A DNA stretch of 64,000 nt from Spirochaetia bacterium (GTDB lineage: Bacteria > Spirochaetota > Spirochaetia > SZUA-6 > Bin103). The first letter of the stretch is position 1. Each line of letters begins with the position of its first letter. Below, piece after piece: positions 21,693 through 31,027 of the stretch. Under the pieces are notes generated by a model. The model was not told where the DNA came from and made no database searches. It was given only the letters and a program-made list of their open reading frames with translations. The position numbers were made by a program, and so were the translations under genes. The stretch spans positions 1,344,001-1,408,000 of the forward strand of contig OZ241863.1 of assembly GCA_965203055.1 (NCBI GenBank). The letters run 5' to 3'.

Positions 21693-24368
21693 ATGCGACT
21701 TCCACCGGATTCAGTGGTCCGGCACGCGCGGTTCGGCCGGGGTCAGGTCATTATAGACGATGGCCGGAGCGTGGTGGTCCGTTTCGAACACAGTATCGAG
21801 GATTGCCTTCGGACCGACCTGGAATTGCTGCCCGGCTTATCCGAACGGGCAGCAACTGCCCAATTCGACCCCGCCGTCAACGTGGTAACCCGCATTCTGG
21901 GCAACTGCATCCTGTCGGTGAACGACTCGTGGGGCGTCTTTTCCTGTTCCCGAATTACGCTGCTTCCGCACCAGCTTTGGGTGTGTAAGCGCGTGCTCGA
22001 GTCGTGGCCGACGCGCTGGCTCGTCGCCGACGATGTCGGCCTTGGCAAGACCATCGAGGCAGGCCTGATTCTTACGCCCTTGCTGTCTTCCGGTCGTGTC
22101 CGTCGCCTTCTTATCCTCGCTCCGGCAAGTCTGGTAGAGCAGTGGCAGATGCGTCTGCGGGAGATGTTCGACATCCGCATCCCGATATACGCCGCCGCAG
22201 CCGACACGCCGAGGTCCGACTACTGGAACACGACCGACAAGGTAATAGCTTCTGCGCATACGCTGCGCATGAACACTGGCAACCGCTGGGAGCGGCTCAC
22301 GGAGGCGGCGCCTTGGGACTTGATACTGGTAGACGAGGCGCATCACATGAACGTCGACGAACAGCACGGACGTACGCTGTCCTTTCAGCTCATGGAGCGC
22401 CTCCATCGGCATGCCCGCGTCCGGTCACTGGTCCTGTTCACGGGTACCCCGCATCGCGGCAAAGATTACGGATTTCTCTCTTTGCTCAAGCTGCTGCGCC
22501 CCGCCGAATTCGACCCGCAGAAGCCGCTCGAAGCGCAGTTGGGAAAGCTCCGCAGTGTGATGATCCGCAACAACAAGCAGCGCGTCACGGACATGGAGGG
22601 TCGGTCGGTCTTCCTGCCGGTACGGCCGCGCAGCGAAACCTACTCCTATTCTCCGGAGGAGGAGCGGTTCTACGCGATGCTCACCAATTTCATCCTCAAA
22701 GGAAAGGCATACGCTGCCGGCCTTGGTCAGCGGCAGCGGCGTATGGCGATCTTGGTACTGATCACGATGCAGAAACTGGCCTCTAGCTCGATCGCTGCCG
22801 TGCGGCGTGCCCTCGCCGGGCGCCTGGCGCGACTTCACGGCACCAAATCGAAGTTGGAGAATGCCGTTCGATACCGGCGGCGTATCGAGGAGCTGGAGGC
22901 CGAAGACGACGCCGCCAATCAGGACGAAATATCCTGGCTGGAGGAGCTGTTCCTCGACAGTGTCGGCGATGCGATCAAGCTGAACCCGAACGAAATTCCG
23001 GCGATTGAAGAACTTCTTGCCGCCGCCGACGACGTAGACCAGGAGACAAAGGTAGCGCGCATCCTGAACGTGGTTGACCAGCAATTCCCAGGTCGCTCGG
23101 TGTTGTTCTTTACCGAGTACAAGGCGACCCAGGCACTGCTGATGAGCGCCTTGCATGCCCGATACGGCGACCGCTGCGTCACTTTCATCAACGGCGACGG
23201 ATTTATCGACGGAGTAAAGGATGCGACGGGACGCGAGTCGAAGATAACCGACGATCGACGTGAGGCCGCACGTCGGTTCAACGGTGGAGAGGTCCGCTTC
23301 CTCGTCTCTACCGAGGCAGCGGGCGAGGGTATCGACCTGCAGGAGTGCTGCAGCGCACTGATCCATGTCGATCTGCCCTGGAACCCGACGCGTCTGCATC
23401 AGCGGGTCGGGCGGCTGAGCCGTTACGGGCAGACCGAGCCGGTCGACGTGGTGACGGTACGCAACCCGGAAACTGTTGAGAGCCGGGTCTGGGAGTGCCT
23501 GGACCGGAAGCTCGATCGGATTACGCTAGCCTTTCAGGGAGCGATGGAAGACCCGGAAGACATGCGCCAACTTGTGATCGGCATGGCGTCGCCGAGGATG
23601 TACACGGACGTGTTCGCCAGCGCCCCCGATCTGCGCGGCGAGCGTCTGGAAGAGTGGTTCGATTCGAAGACTGCGACCTTCGGCGGCGAAGATGCGGTGA
23701 AGACCGTCGCCAGCATGTTCGGGAACGTCGCTCGGTTTGATTTCGGGGAGGCGGCCGCCCAGATTCCCAAAGTAGACCTCCCTGACCTGATCCCGTTCTT
23801 CAAATCGCTATGCGCCATGCTGCGTCGGCGGCCGACGCGGATCGACGACGTTCGCCTGGAATTTCATACGCCGCAGGAGTGGACGAAGGACGACTTTACG
23901 ATCGCTGATCACTACGCGCTACTGTTCGCCCGAGAGTCGCGCCCACGGGAGGGGGAAGACATCGCCGGGATCGGGCTTCGGGTGGTGGACCGGGCGCTGC
24001 GTGCGGCCGTTGACGCTACGGAATCGCTGGCGGCCATGCGAGATTTGGCCGGCCCCTTGGTCGTGTTCGCCCTTCGGGATCGGATCACCGGTTCGGAGCG
24101 CACGGTGCGTAAAACTGTCGTTGGCATGCAACGCGCTCACGATGGAGCCTGGGGGTTGCTGAGAGACTGGGAAGTGCTGAAACTCTTGAACCCGGCTGCC
24201 GACAGACCGCGCAGTACCGTGTTCGATGCCAAGCCCTCAGGGCAGGTGGGTGTAGCGGCGCTCCTGACCGAGGCCGAGCAGCACCTGGAGGCGCGGCTCG
24301 ACGACCTGAATTTACCGTTTCAGCTGCCTGTGATGGAGCATCTCGCCTGTCTGATTCCCGGACACTGA
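21693..24368 (+). CDS. SNF2/RapA-type superfamily 2 helicase
   Basis: LLPHQ, WLVADDVGLGKTIEAG, LVDEAHH, FTGTPHRG, STEAAGEGIDLQ, DLPWNPTRLHQRVGRLSRYGQ. Starts 2 nt after the sacsin-like stop. Confidence 0.92.
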   Translation: MRLPPDSVVRHARFGRGQVIIDDGRSVVVRFEHSIEDCLRTDLELLPGLSERAATAQFDPAVNVVTRILGNCILSVNDSWGVFSCSRITLLPHQLWVCKRVLESWPTRWLVADDVGLGKTIEAGLILTPLLSSGRVRRLLILAPASLVEQWQMRLREMFDIRIPIYAAAADTPRSDYWNTTDKVIASAHTLRMNTGNRWERLTEAAPWDLILVDEAHHMNVDEQHGRTLSFQLMERLHRHARVRSLVLFTGTPHRGKDYGFLSLLKLLRPAEFDPQKPLEAQLGKLRSVMIRNNKQRVTDMEGRSVFLPVRPRSETYSYSPEEERFYAMLTNFILKGKAYAAGLGQRQRRMAILVLITMQKLASSSIAAVRRALAGRLARLHGTKSKLENAVRYRRRIEELEAEDDAANQDEISWLEELFLDSVGDAIKLNPNEIPAIEELLAAADDVDQETKVARILNVVDQQFPGRSVLFFTEYKATQALLMSALHARYGDRCVTFINGDGFIDGVKDATGRESKITDDRREAARRFNGGEVRFLVSTEAAGEGIDLQECCSALIHVDLPWNPTRLHQRVGRLSRYGQTEPVDVVTVRNPETVESRVWECLDRKLDRITLAFQGAMEDPEDMRQLVIGMASPRMYTDVFASAPDLRGERLEEWFDSKTATFGGEDAVKTVASMFGNVARFDFGEAAAQIPKVDLPDLIPFFKSLCAMLRRRPTRIDDVRLEFHTPQEWTKDDFTIADHYALLFARESRPREGEDIAGIGLRVVDRALRAAVDATESLAAMRDLAGPLVVFALRDRITGSERTVRKTVVGMQRAHDGAWGLLRDWEVLKLLNPAADRPRSTVFDAKPSGQVGVAALLTEAEQHLEARLDDLNLPFQLPVMEHLACLIPGH

Positions 24369-24450
24369 TCAAGTAATTGGGTCGATGAGCAGAGCGTATC
24401 CGCAGATACCCTACCTTGGCTGCCCCCGTGACGTGGAGGAGTAACCGGTA

Positions 24451-26043
24451 GTGGCGCGTACGTTCAATACCGCAGGTCCGGTGGTGGCCGCGGACCATTA
24501 TTGCATCCCGCCGCTGGAACGGATCGATCTCGCCACCGTGCTCGGCTTGATCCGCGACAAGAAGTACTTCGTGCTGCACGCGCCGCGCCAGACCGGCAAG
24601 ACCTCGGCGCTGCTGGCGCTACGCGATCTGCTGAACGGCGGCGAGCACGGCGATTTTCGCTGCGTGTACGCCAACGTCGAAGCCGGCCAGGCGATGCGCG
24701 AGAACGTGGCGGAAGGCATGCGCACGGTGCTTGCCGAACTGGCGCTCCAGGCCAGCGTGACGCTGGGCGACGAGACGCTCGACGAACTCTGGCCCGGCGT
24801 GTTGGAGCGCGTGGGGCCGGGCGCGGCATTGCGGCACGCGCTGCTGCGCTGGAGCATGGCCGACAGGCGCCCGCTGGTGTTGCTGATCGACGAGATCGAC
24901 GCGCTGGTCGGGGACACCCTGCTGGCGGTCCTGCGCCAGTTGCGCGCCGGCTACGCCGACCGCCCGGCGCGCTTTCCGCACAGCATCATCCTGTGCGGGG
25001 TGCGCGACGTGCGCGACTACCGCATCCATTCAAGCGCCGAGAACCGGGCCGTGCTCGGCGGCAGCGCCTTCAACATCAAATCCGAATCGCTGCGGCTGGG
25101 CGATCTTTCGCCGCAGGAGACGCGGGCGCTGCTGGCGCAGCACACCGCGGCGACCGGGCAGGGGTTCACGGAGGGGGCGCAGGCGCTGGTCGGCGCGCGC
25201 ACCGCCGGCCAGCCGTGGCTGGTGAACGCGCTCTGCTACGACGCCTGCTTCCGCCACCCGCCGGGGTGCGACCGCTCGCGTCCCATCACCGCGGCCGCGG
25301 TCCTGGAGGCGCAGGAGCGGCTGATCCTGCGCCGCGACACCCACATCGACGATCTGGGTCACAAGCTGCGCGAAGAGCGCGTGCGGCGCGTGGTGGAGCC
25401 GATTCTGACCGGCGCCGACCGGCAGGCATGGTCGGCCGAGGATGTCGCCTACGCGCGCGACCTGGGACTGGTGGCGCAGGACGCCGCCGGCACGCCGCGC
25501 ATCGCCAATCCGATCTACGCCGAAGTGGTGCCGCGGCACCTCAACTACGCGGTGCAGGCGGGGCTGACGCAACAGATGGCGTGGTACGTAGGCGCGGACG
25601 GCGCGCTGGACGTGGCAGGCCTGGTCGCGGCGTTCCAGGAGTTCTTCCGCGAGCACTCCGAGCACTGGGTGCAGCGCTTCGAGCGGTACCACGAGGCCGG
25701 GCCGCAGTTGCTGCTGCAGGCGCACCTGCAGCGCATCGTCAACGGCGGCGGGCGGATCGAGCGGGAGTACGCGCTGGGGCGCGGGCGCACCGACCTGCTG
25801 ATCGTGTGGCCGCAGGGCGGGCGCGAACGCCGCTTCGTGGTGGAGTGCAAACTGCTGCGCAAGGACCTGGAACGAACCATCGCCGAGGGGGTGGAGCAGA
25901 CCCGCGGCTACATGGACCGCTGCGGCGCGGAGGCAGGACACCTGATCGTGTTCGACCGCGCCCCGAACCGAACCTGGGCCGACAAGATCTTCCGGCGCGC
26001 GCCGGCGGGCGGCGGCGCTCCGGTCACGGTCTGGGGAATGTAG
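24451..26043 (+). CDS. AAA/P-loop ATPase with C-terminal PD-(D/E)XK-like domain (copy 1)
   Basis: HAPRQTGKTS (Walker A), LLIDEID (Walker B), REYALGRGRTDLLI..VVECK; GGAGGAG RBS. Confidence 0.85.
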   Translation: MARTFNTAGPVVAADHYCIPPLERIDLATVLGLIRDKKYFVLHAPRQTGKTSALLALRDLLNGGEHGDFRCVYANVEAGQAMRENVAEGMRTVLAELALQASVTLGDETLDELWPGVLERVGPGAALRHALLRWSMADRRPLVLLIDEIDALVGDTLLAVLRQLRAGYADRPARFPHSIILCGVRDVRDYRIHSSAENRAVLGGSAFNIKSESLRLGDLSPQETRALLAQHTAATGQGFTEGAQALVGARTAGQPWLVNALCYDACFRHPPGCDRSRPITAAAVLEAQERLILRRDTHIDDLGHKLREERVRRVVEPILTGADRQAWSAEDVAYARDLGLVAQDAAGTPRIANPIYAEVVPRHLNYAVQAGLTQQMAWYVGADGALDVAGLVAAFQEFFREHSEHWVQRFERYHEAGPQLLLQAHLQRIVNGGGRIEREYALGRGRTDLLIVWPQGGRERRFVVECKLLRKDLERTIAEGVEQTRGYMDRCGAEAGHLIVFDRAPNRTWADKIFRRAPAGGGAPVTVWGM

Positions 26044-26048
26044 CGCGA

Positions 26049-26909
26049 ATGGCCCTTGCGGCAACGGAAGCGCTCGGCAAGCGAGATGAGCTGGTAGCGC
26101 GCGGCTACACCTCGATTCCTGGGGTAATGCCGCCGGCGATGGTGGCGGAGTTGCGCGCGTGGTCGGACGCCATCTTCGCCCGCACTCACGTGCGCTACTC
26201 GATCCGCTATCAGGGCAGCGATCTGTTCGCGCACACCGGGCGCGGGTGGGCGGCCATGGCGCCGGAGCGGAGGCGGCAGGCCGAGGCTGATCCGCGCCGG
26301 TTTCGCGATCCCTGGGCGGAACGGATCATCGGCCTGCCGGCGCAGGCGGCCGCCTGCCGCGCGCTCGGACTGGAGGAGCTGCGCGCCGATGAGGTGGTGA
26401 TCATCCTGTCCAAGCCGGCCCACGGCCCGCCGCTCTATTGGCATCAGGATTTCATGCAGTGGCACAGCCCGAGGGCGGCCACGCCGTGGCCGACGCGCAT
26501 CTTCCTTTCCTACTACCTGGTGGACACGACGCGGGAGAACGGCTGCCTGCGGGTCATCCCCGGCAGTCACCGCAAGCGCCACCGACTGCACGATCTCCCT
26601 GACGCCCACGGCGAGGAGCTGCAGGCGCTGGAGGACCTGTCCCATCCGGCGTTCTCCGACGACCCCGACGCGGTGGACGTGCCGTTGCGCGCCGGCGACC
26701 TGCTGATTGCCGATGCCCGCCTGCTGCACGCCGCCTGGCCCAATCGCACCGACCGGCGCCGCACGCTGCTCCTGGCTTGGCACGACGTGTTCTCGTTTCC
26801 GCGCCCGCCGAGCTGGTGGCGCGGCGACGTTCCCGCCGCCGTCCGCAACGCCGATCCCGCCGCGCGCTACGAGAACAGCGTCCGCACCCCCAGCCACTAC
26901 CTCACCTGA
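26049..26909 (+). CDS. Phytanoyl-CoA dioxygenase (PhyH) family protein
   Basis: PPLYWHQDF, ENGCLRVIPGSH, LLHAAWPN. Confidence 0.88.
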   Translation: MALAATEALGKRDELVARGYTSIPGVMPPAMVAELRAWSDAIFARTHVRYSIRYQGSDLFAHTGRGWAAMAPERRRQAEADPRRFRDPWAERIIGLPAQAAACRALGLEELRADEVVIILSKPAHGPPLYWHQDFMQWHSPRAATPWPTRIFLSYYLVDTTRENGCLRVIPGSHRKRHRLHDLPDAHGEELQALEDLSHPAFSDDPDAVDVPLRAGDLLIADARLLHAAWPNRTDRRRTLLLAWHDVFSFPRPPSWWRGDVPAAVRNADPAARYENSVRTPSHYLT

Positions 26910-26922
26910 AAGTCGCTGCATT

Positions 26923-27138
26923 CTACGAGAGCCGTTGGCGTAGCTCCTCGAATACCTGGTCGGCGGGACGATCGGCGGATTCCGGGTCCAGATCGCGCCT
27001 GGCAGCCTCCTCCGCCCAGACTTCCTCGGTTTGCTCCGCCGTAAGCTGATCGAGGCTTTGCAACAGCGTTCCGGCCAACTGCGCGCGTGATCGTGGGCTG
27101 AGTTTGAGTGCTTCCGTTACGATTTCTTCGAGCTGCAT
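26923..27138 (-). CDS. Putative addiction module antitoxin component (TIGR02574-like)
   Basis: 71-aa MQLEEIVTEALKLSPRSRAQLAGTLLQSLD..WAEEAARR..PADQVFEELR; TACACT-6 nt-ATG. Confidence 0.75.
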   Translation of the reverse strand: MQLEEIVTEALKLSPRSRAQLAGTLLQSLDQLTAEQTEEVWAEEAARRDLDPESADRPADQVFEELRQRLS

Positions 27139-27152
27139 CCACCGAGTGTACA

Positions 27153-28811
27153 CTACGGGGCGGCGCGCTGAATGGTGAGCAGGGTGTTGGCGGCGGGGGC
27201 CGGCAGCGTGGAGCGGGCGCCGTCGGGCCAGGTTATCTCCAGGCGCTGCAGTTCGGCGCCTGCCGGGAAGCCGAAGTGGACGCGGTTGGGGTCGCCGGAG
27301 AGGAAGCCGCTGGAGCTGCGGGTCTCGCGCACGTAGCTGCCGGTCGATGCGCGCAGCGTGAGGCGCGCGCCGACGGCGAACGTGTTGCCGCTCGCCGGCC
27401 AGCGCAGGTCCACCTGCAGGCTGGCGCCGCCGCACAGCCGGTTCTCCAGCAGCTCCGCCGGGGCGCGCAGGTTGTTCACCACGACGTCGAGGTCGCCGTC
27501 GCCGTCGAGGTCGGCGCTGCTCATGCCGCGCCCGCCGGCGGCGCTGCCCAGGCCCCACTCCGGCGCGCGGCGGAAGCGGCCGCCCCCCTCGTTGCGGAAC
27601 GCCTGGTTGCGTTCGATCAGCTCGGCGCCGGGAAGGTGGCCAAAGGAGCGCTCGCTGTACATGCCGTTGACGACGTAGAGATCCTGCAGCCCATCGTTGT
27701 CCAGGTCGGCGAACTTGGCCGACCAGCTCCAGCCGCTGGCGTCCACCCCGCGCTCGACGGCCTGGTTCTCGAGGCCCTCGGCGGCGCTCCCCACCAGCAG
27801 CACGTTTTCCTCGATCTGCGGATCGTCCGCCGGCAGCTCGTCGTAGTTGCCGCTCAGCGCCTGCCACGCCGCGCGCGTGGCGGCATCGTCGGCGTAGGGC
27901 TTCATGTCGGCGCTGAACAGCTCGAAGCGGCCGTCGTTGTCGATGTCGGCGGCGTCGAGGCTCATGGTGTTGCGCGGCATGCGCGGCAGCAGGTCGTCGA
28001 GCCGGAAGCCGGCGGGGGTCCACAGAAACAGGTAGTCGGGCAGCTCGAAGTCGTTGCCGACCAGGATGTCGAGCCGTCCGTCGCCGTTGAAGTCGGTCAG
28101 CAGCAGCGCCAGCGCCTGCGCGTGGCGCACCAGCTCGCGCCCGCGCAGCTTGCCGCCGGCGTTCTCGTAGTAGGCGACGCCGCCGCCGATCGCGAAGCCG
28201 TCGTAGAGCTCGGCGATCTCGGCGTCGTAGCTGGCGCCCGCCAGGTCCAGGTCGCCGTCGCGGTCCAGGTCCGCCAGGGCGATGGCGTTCAGGACGTGCC
28301 AGGCGCCGAACCCCTCGGTCCGGCTGAAGGCGCGGGCGGCGCCGCCGCCCGCCCCCGCGCCGGCCGCGGCAGCGCTCAGCCACAGGCTTGGCGGGCTGCC
28401 GGGGTGGGAGAGGATCAGGTCGAGCCAGCCGTCGCCGTCGAAGTCGACGACGTTGACGCCGCGCGCGCTGCCGGCAGCCAGCTCCTCGCGGGCGAACGTG
28501 AGCCCGCCGGTATTCCACAGGATGGTGCTCGGGCCGTCCAGGTTGGCCAGCACGAGGTCCAGGTCGCCGTCGTCGTCCAGGTCGTTGACGCCGAGCGCGG
28601 AGCCTACGCCGGCGAAGATCGGCTTGCGCTGCGGCGAGACGATGGTGGTGTGAGGCAGGGCATGGGACACGAACGCCCCGGTGCACGCCGCCCCCGCGGC
28701 GACCGGCCGCGCCAGATGGCTGATCGCCGGTTCCGCCGGTTCCGCCGGCGCCGGGAGCGCGCCCGCCGCGCCGGCCAACAGCGCCAGCCCGACGATTCGC
28801 GGCCAGGTCAT
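27153..28811 (-). CDS. CRTAC1-like FG-GAP repeat protein with C-terminal ASPIC/UnbV domain, secreted
   Basis: Signal peptide, repeated D(L/F)DxDGxLD motifs, C-terminal GFLSGDPNRVHFGF..LEITWPDG. Confidence 0.85.
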   Translation of the reverse strand: MTWPRIVGLALLAGAAGALPAPAEPAEPAISHLARPVAAGAACTGAFVSHALPHTTIVSPQRKPIFAGVGSALGVNDLDDDGDLDLVLANLDGPSTILWNTGGLTFAREELAAGSARGVNVVDFDGDGWLDLILSHPGSPPSLWLSAAAAGAGAGGGAARAFSRTEGFGAWHVLNAIALADLDRDGDLDLAGASYDAEIAELYDGFAIGGGVAYYENAGGKLRGRELVRHAQALALLLTDFNGDGRLDILVGNDFELPDYLFLWTPAGFRLDDLLPRMPRNTMSLDAADIDNDGRFELFSADMKPYADDAATRAAWQALSGNYDELPADDPQIEENVLLVGSAAEGLENQAVERGVDASGWSWSAKFADLDNDGLQDLYVVNGMYSERSFGHLPGAELIERNQAFRNEGGGRFRRAPEWGLGSAAGGRGMSSADLDGDGDLDVVVNNLRAPAELLENRLCGGASLQVDLRWPASGNTFAVGARLTLRASTGSYVRETRSSSGFLSGDPNRVHFGFPAGAELQRLEITWPDGARSTLPAPAANTLLTIQRAAP

Positions 28812-28821
28812 GGCGGCGCGC

Positions 28822-29952
28822 TCAGCTCTTGTAGGGGTCCGCGGCGTCGCGCAGCCCGTCGCCGACGAAGTTGTAGCACAGCACGGTGACGATCACCAGC
28901 GTGCCGGGGAGCATCAACCAGGGATGGAGCGCGATGGTGCGCACGTTCTGCGCTTCTATGAGCAGCACGCCCCAGCTCACGGTAGGCGGGCGCAGCCCCA
29001 GGCCGAGGAAGCTCAATGCGGTCTCGCCCAGGATCATGCTCGGTATCGACAGCGTCAGGTTGACGATCAGGTAGCTCATGAAGGAGGGCAGCAGGTGGCG
29101 GACGATGATGCGGGGGGAGGTCGAGCCGGCGATCATCGCCGCCATCACGAAGTCCTCCTCGCGCAGTTGCAACAGCTTGCCGCGCACCACCCGGGCCAGC
29201 CCGGTCCATCCCAACAGCGACAGAATGACGGTGATCGAGAGGTACACCTCGAGCGGACCCCACTCGCGCGGCACCGCGGCCGACAGCGCCATCCACAGCG
29301 GGATCGACGGAATCGACTGCATGAACTCGATCAACCGCTGAATCACCATGTCGGCGCTGCCTCCGAAGAAGCCGGAGATGCCGCCGAGCGCGCAGCCGAG
29401 CACGAAGGTCACCACCACCCCGACCAGGCCGATCGACAGCGAGGTGCGCGCGGCGTAGAGCATTCGGGAGTAGTTGTCGCGCCCGAACTTGTCGGCGCCC
29501 AGCAGGAACAGGGTGCCTTCGTCGACCCCGAACAGATGTATGCGGCTCGGAAACAGACTCCACAGCTTGTATTCGTCGCCCTGGGCGAAGAACCGCAGGT
29601 AGGTCTTGCGCGAGGTGTCCGGGGTGTAGCGGTTGCGGAACGTCTCCAGGTCGAGCTCGACCCGCCACGGATACACGAAGGGACGCAGCGAGAGACCATC
29701 TTCGCCGGCGAAGCGGACGCGCTGCGGCGGCGCGTACAGGTGGTCGGAATCGCGCCGGTAGATGTCCTGGGTGGAGAAGAACTCCGCGAACAGGGCCACG
29801 AAGTAGAGCGAGCCCAGCACCGCCAGCCCGACGACTGCGAGCCGATGGCGCTTGAAGCGGCGCCGCATCAGGGTCCACTGCGAGGCGATGAAGTAGCTTT
29901 CGTCGGTTGCGTCGGCCGCGGCCGTGGTGAGTGCCGTCCCGCGGTCGCTCAT
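28822..29952 (-). CDS. Peptide/nickel-type ABC transporter permease (OppC/DppC-like)
   Basis: LLGADKFGRDNYSR, LREEDFVMAA, ETALSFLGLGL, GDGLRDAADP. Confidence 0.92.
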   Translation of the reverse strand: MSDRGTALTTAAADATDESYFIASQWTLMRRRFKRHRLAVVGLAVLGSLYFVALFAEFFSTQDIYRRDSDHLYAPPQRVRFAGEDGLSLRPFVYPWRVELDLETFRNRYTPDTSRKTYLRFFAQGDEYKLWSLFPSRIHLFGVDEGTLFLLGADKFGRDNYSRMLYAARTSLSIGLVGVVVTFVLGCALGGISGFFGGSADMVIQRLIEFMQSIPSIPLWMALSAAVPREWGPLEVYLSITVILSLLGWTGLARVVRGKLLQLREEDFVMAAMIAGSTSPRIIVRHLLPSFMSYLIVNLTLSIPSMILGETALSFLGLGLRPPTVSWGVLLIEAQNVRTIALHPWLMLPGTLVIVTVLCYNFVGDGLRDAADPYKS

Positions 29953-30950
29953 GCGCTGCTCTTTTCCCCTTCGTAGCGAATGCGCGGATCGATCCACAGC
30001 AGCAGCATGTCGGACACGAACACGCCGAAGATGGTGAGCATCGACAGCACCATCACGATGCTCGACGCGAGCTGCATGTCTTCCATGGTGAGCGCCCTGA
30101 GCAGCAGCGGCCCCACGGTCGGCAGGTTGAGCACGATCGCCGTGATGATGGTGCCGGAGACGATCTCCGGGAACACGCCGCCGATGCCGCTGATGATCGG
30201 GTTGATGGCGATGCGCACCGGGTACTTGAAGCGCAGCGTTTGCTCCGGCAGTCCCTTCGAGCGGGCGGTAATGACGTACTGCTTTTGCAGCTCATCCAGC
30301 AGCGAGCCCCGCATCACCCGGATCAGTCCCGCGGTCCCCGCGGTAGCCACCACCAAGATCGCGACCGGCAGGTGCAGCATCATGTCCAGAACCTTGGCCA
30401 CGCTCCACGGCTGATCGAGGTATTCGGAGGAAAACAGACCGGTGATCGGGAAATTGAACCAGGCGAGCGAAATCCACATCAGCAGCAGCGCGAGCATGAA
30501 GTTGGGCGTGGCCAGACCGACGAAGCCGAACACGGTGGCCGTGTAGTCTCCGAACGAGTACTGGTGAGTCGCCGAGTAGATGCCGATCGGGATGGCCAGC
30601 AGGAAGGTGAGGGCGATGGTCAGCACCGACACCAGCACCGTGAGGGGCAGCCGCGCTCCTAACAGCTCCGCGACCGGGATGCGAAACGCATACGACTCGC
30701 CGAGATCGCCGCGCAGGAGATTGCCGACCCACACGAAGTACTGCATGTAGCCCGGTTTATCCAACCCGTAGTAGGCGCGCATTTCCTGCAGTACCGCCTC
30801 GCTCAGGTTGGTTCCGGTGAGCCCGAGCTGCCGCAGGTGGGTTGACAGAAAGTCGCCCGGCGGCAGGGTGATGATGGCGAACCCCACCACCGACACCAGC
30901 GCCAGGGTGATCACCATGTAGAACAATCGGCGCACGATGTACGCGGTCAT
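29949..30950 (-). CDS. Peptide/nickel-type ABC transporter permease (OppB/DppB-like)
   Basis: AYIVRRL, LPPGD, YVITARSKGL, IDPRIRY. Confidence 0.92.
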   Translation of the reverse strand: MTAYIVRRLFYMVITLALVSVVGFAIITLPPGDFLSTHLRQLGLTGTNLSEAVLQEMRAYYGLDKPGYMQYFVWVGNLLRGDLGESYAFRIPVAELLGARLPLTVLVSVLTIALTFLLAIPIGIYSATHQYSFGDYTATVFGFVGLATPNFMLALLLMWISLAWFNFPITGLFSSEYLDQPWSVAKVLDMMLHLPVAILVVATAGTAGLIRVMRGSLLDELQKQYVITARSKGLPEQTLRFKYPVRIAINPIISGIGGVFPEIVSGTIITAIVLNLPTVGPLLLRALTMEDMQLASSIVMVLSMLTIFGVFVSDMLLLWIDPRIRYEGEKSSA

Positions 30951-30977
30951 GCCGGTACTGTCCCGCTATACGTATAC

Positions 30978-31007
30978 GCAAGAGGCCCGCCGGAGCGGGC
31001 CCCTTGC
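30978..31007 (-). terminator. Stem-loop between the substrate-binding and permease genes (partial terminator or mRNA stabiliser)
   Basis: gcaag-a-ggcccgc-cgga-gcgggcc-c-cttgc inverted repeat. Confidence 0.4.
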
Positions 31008-31027
31008 AGCGCTGAGCGCCGGTACCG

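Noticed and set aside
24501..26909. 802-aa ORF and many other long Arg/Ala/Gly-rich ORFs (e.g. 3099-5084, 31073-33256, 42418-44820, 58660-61293)
   Set aside because: Shadow or alternative-frame ORFs expected in high-GC DNA, overlapping genes with clear motifs. Only the 3' part (26049-26909) of this one is real.
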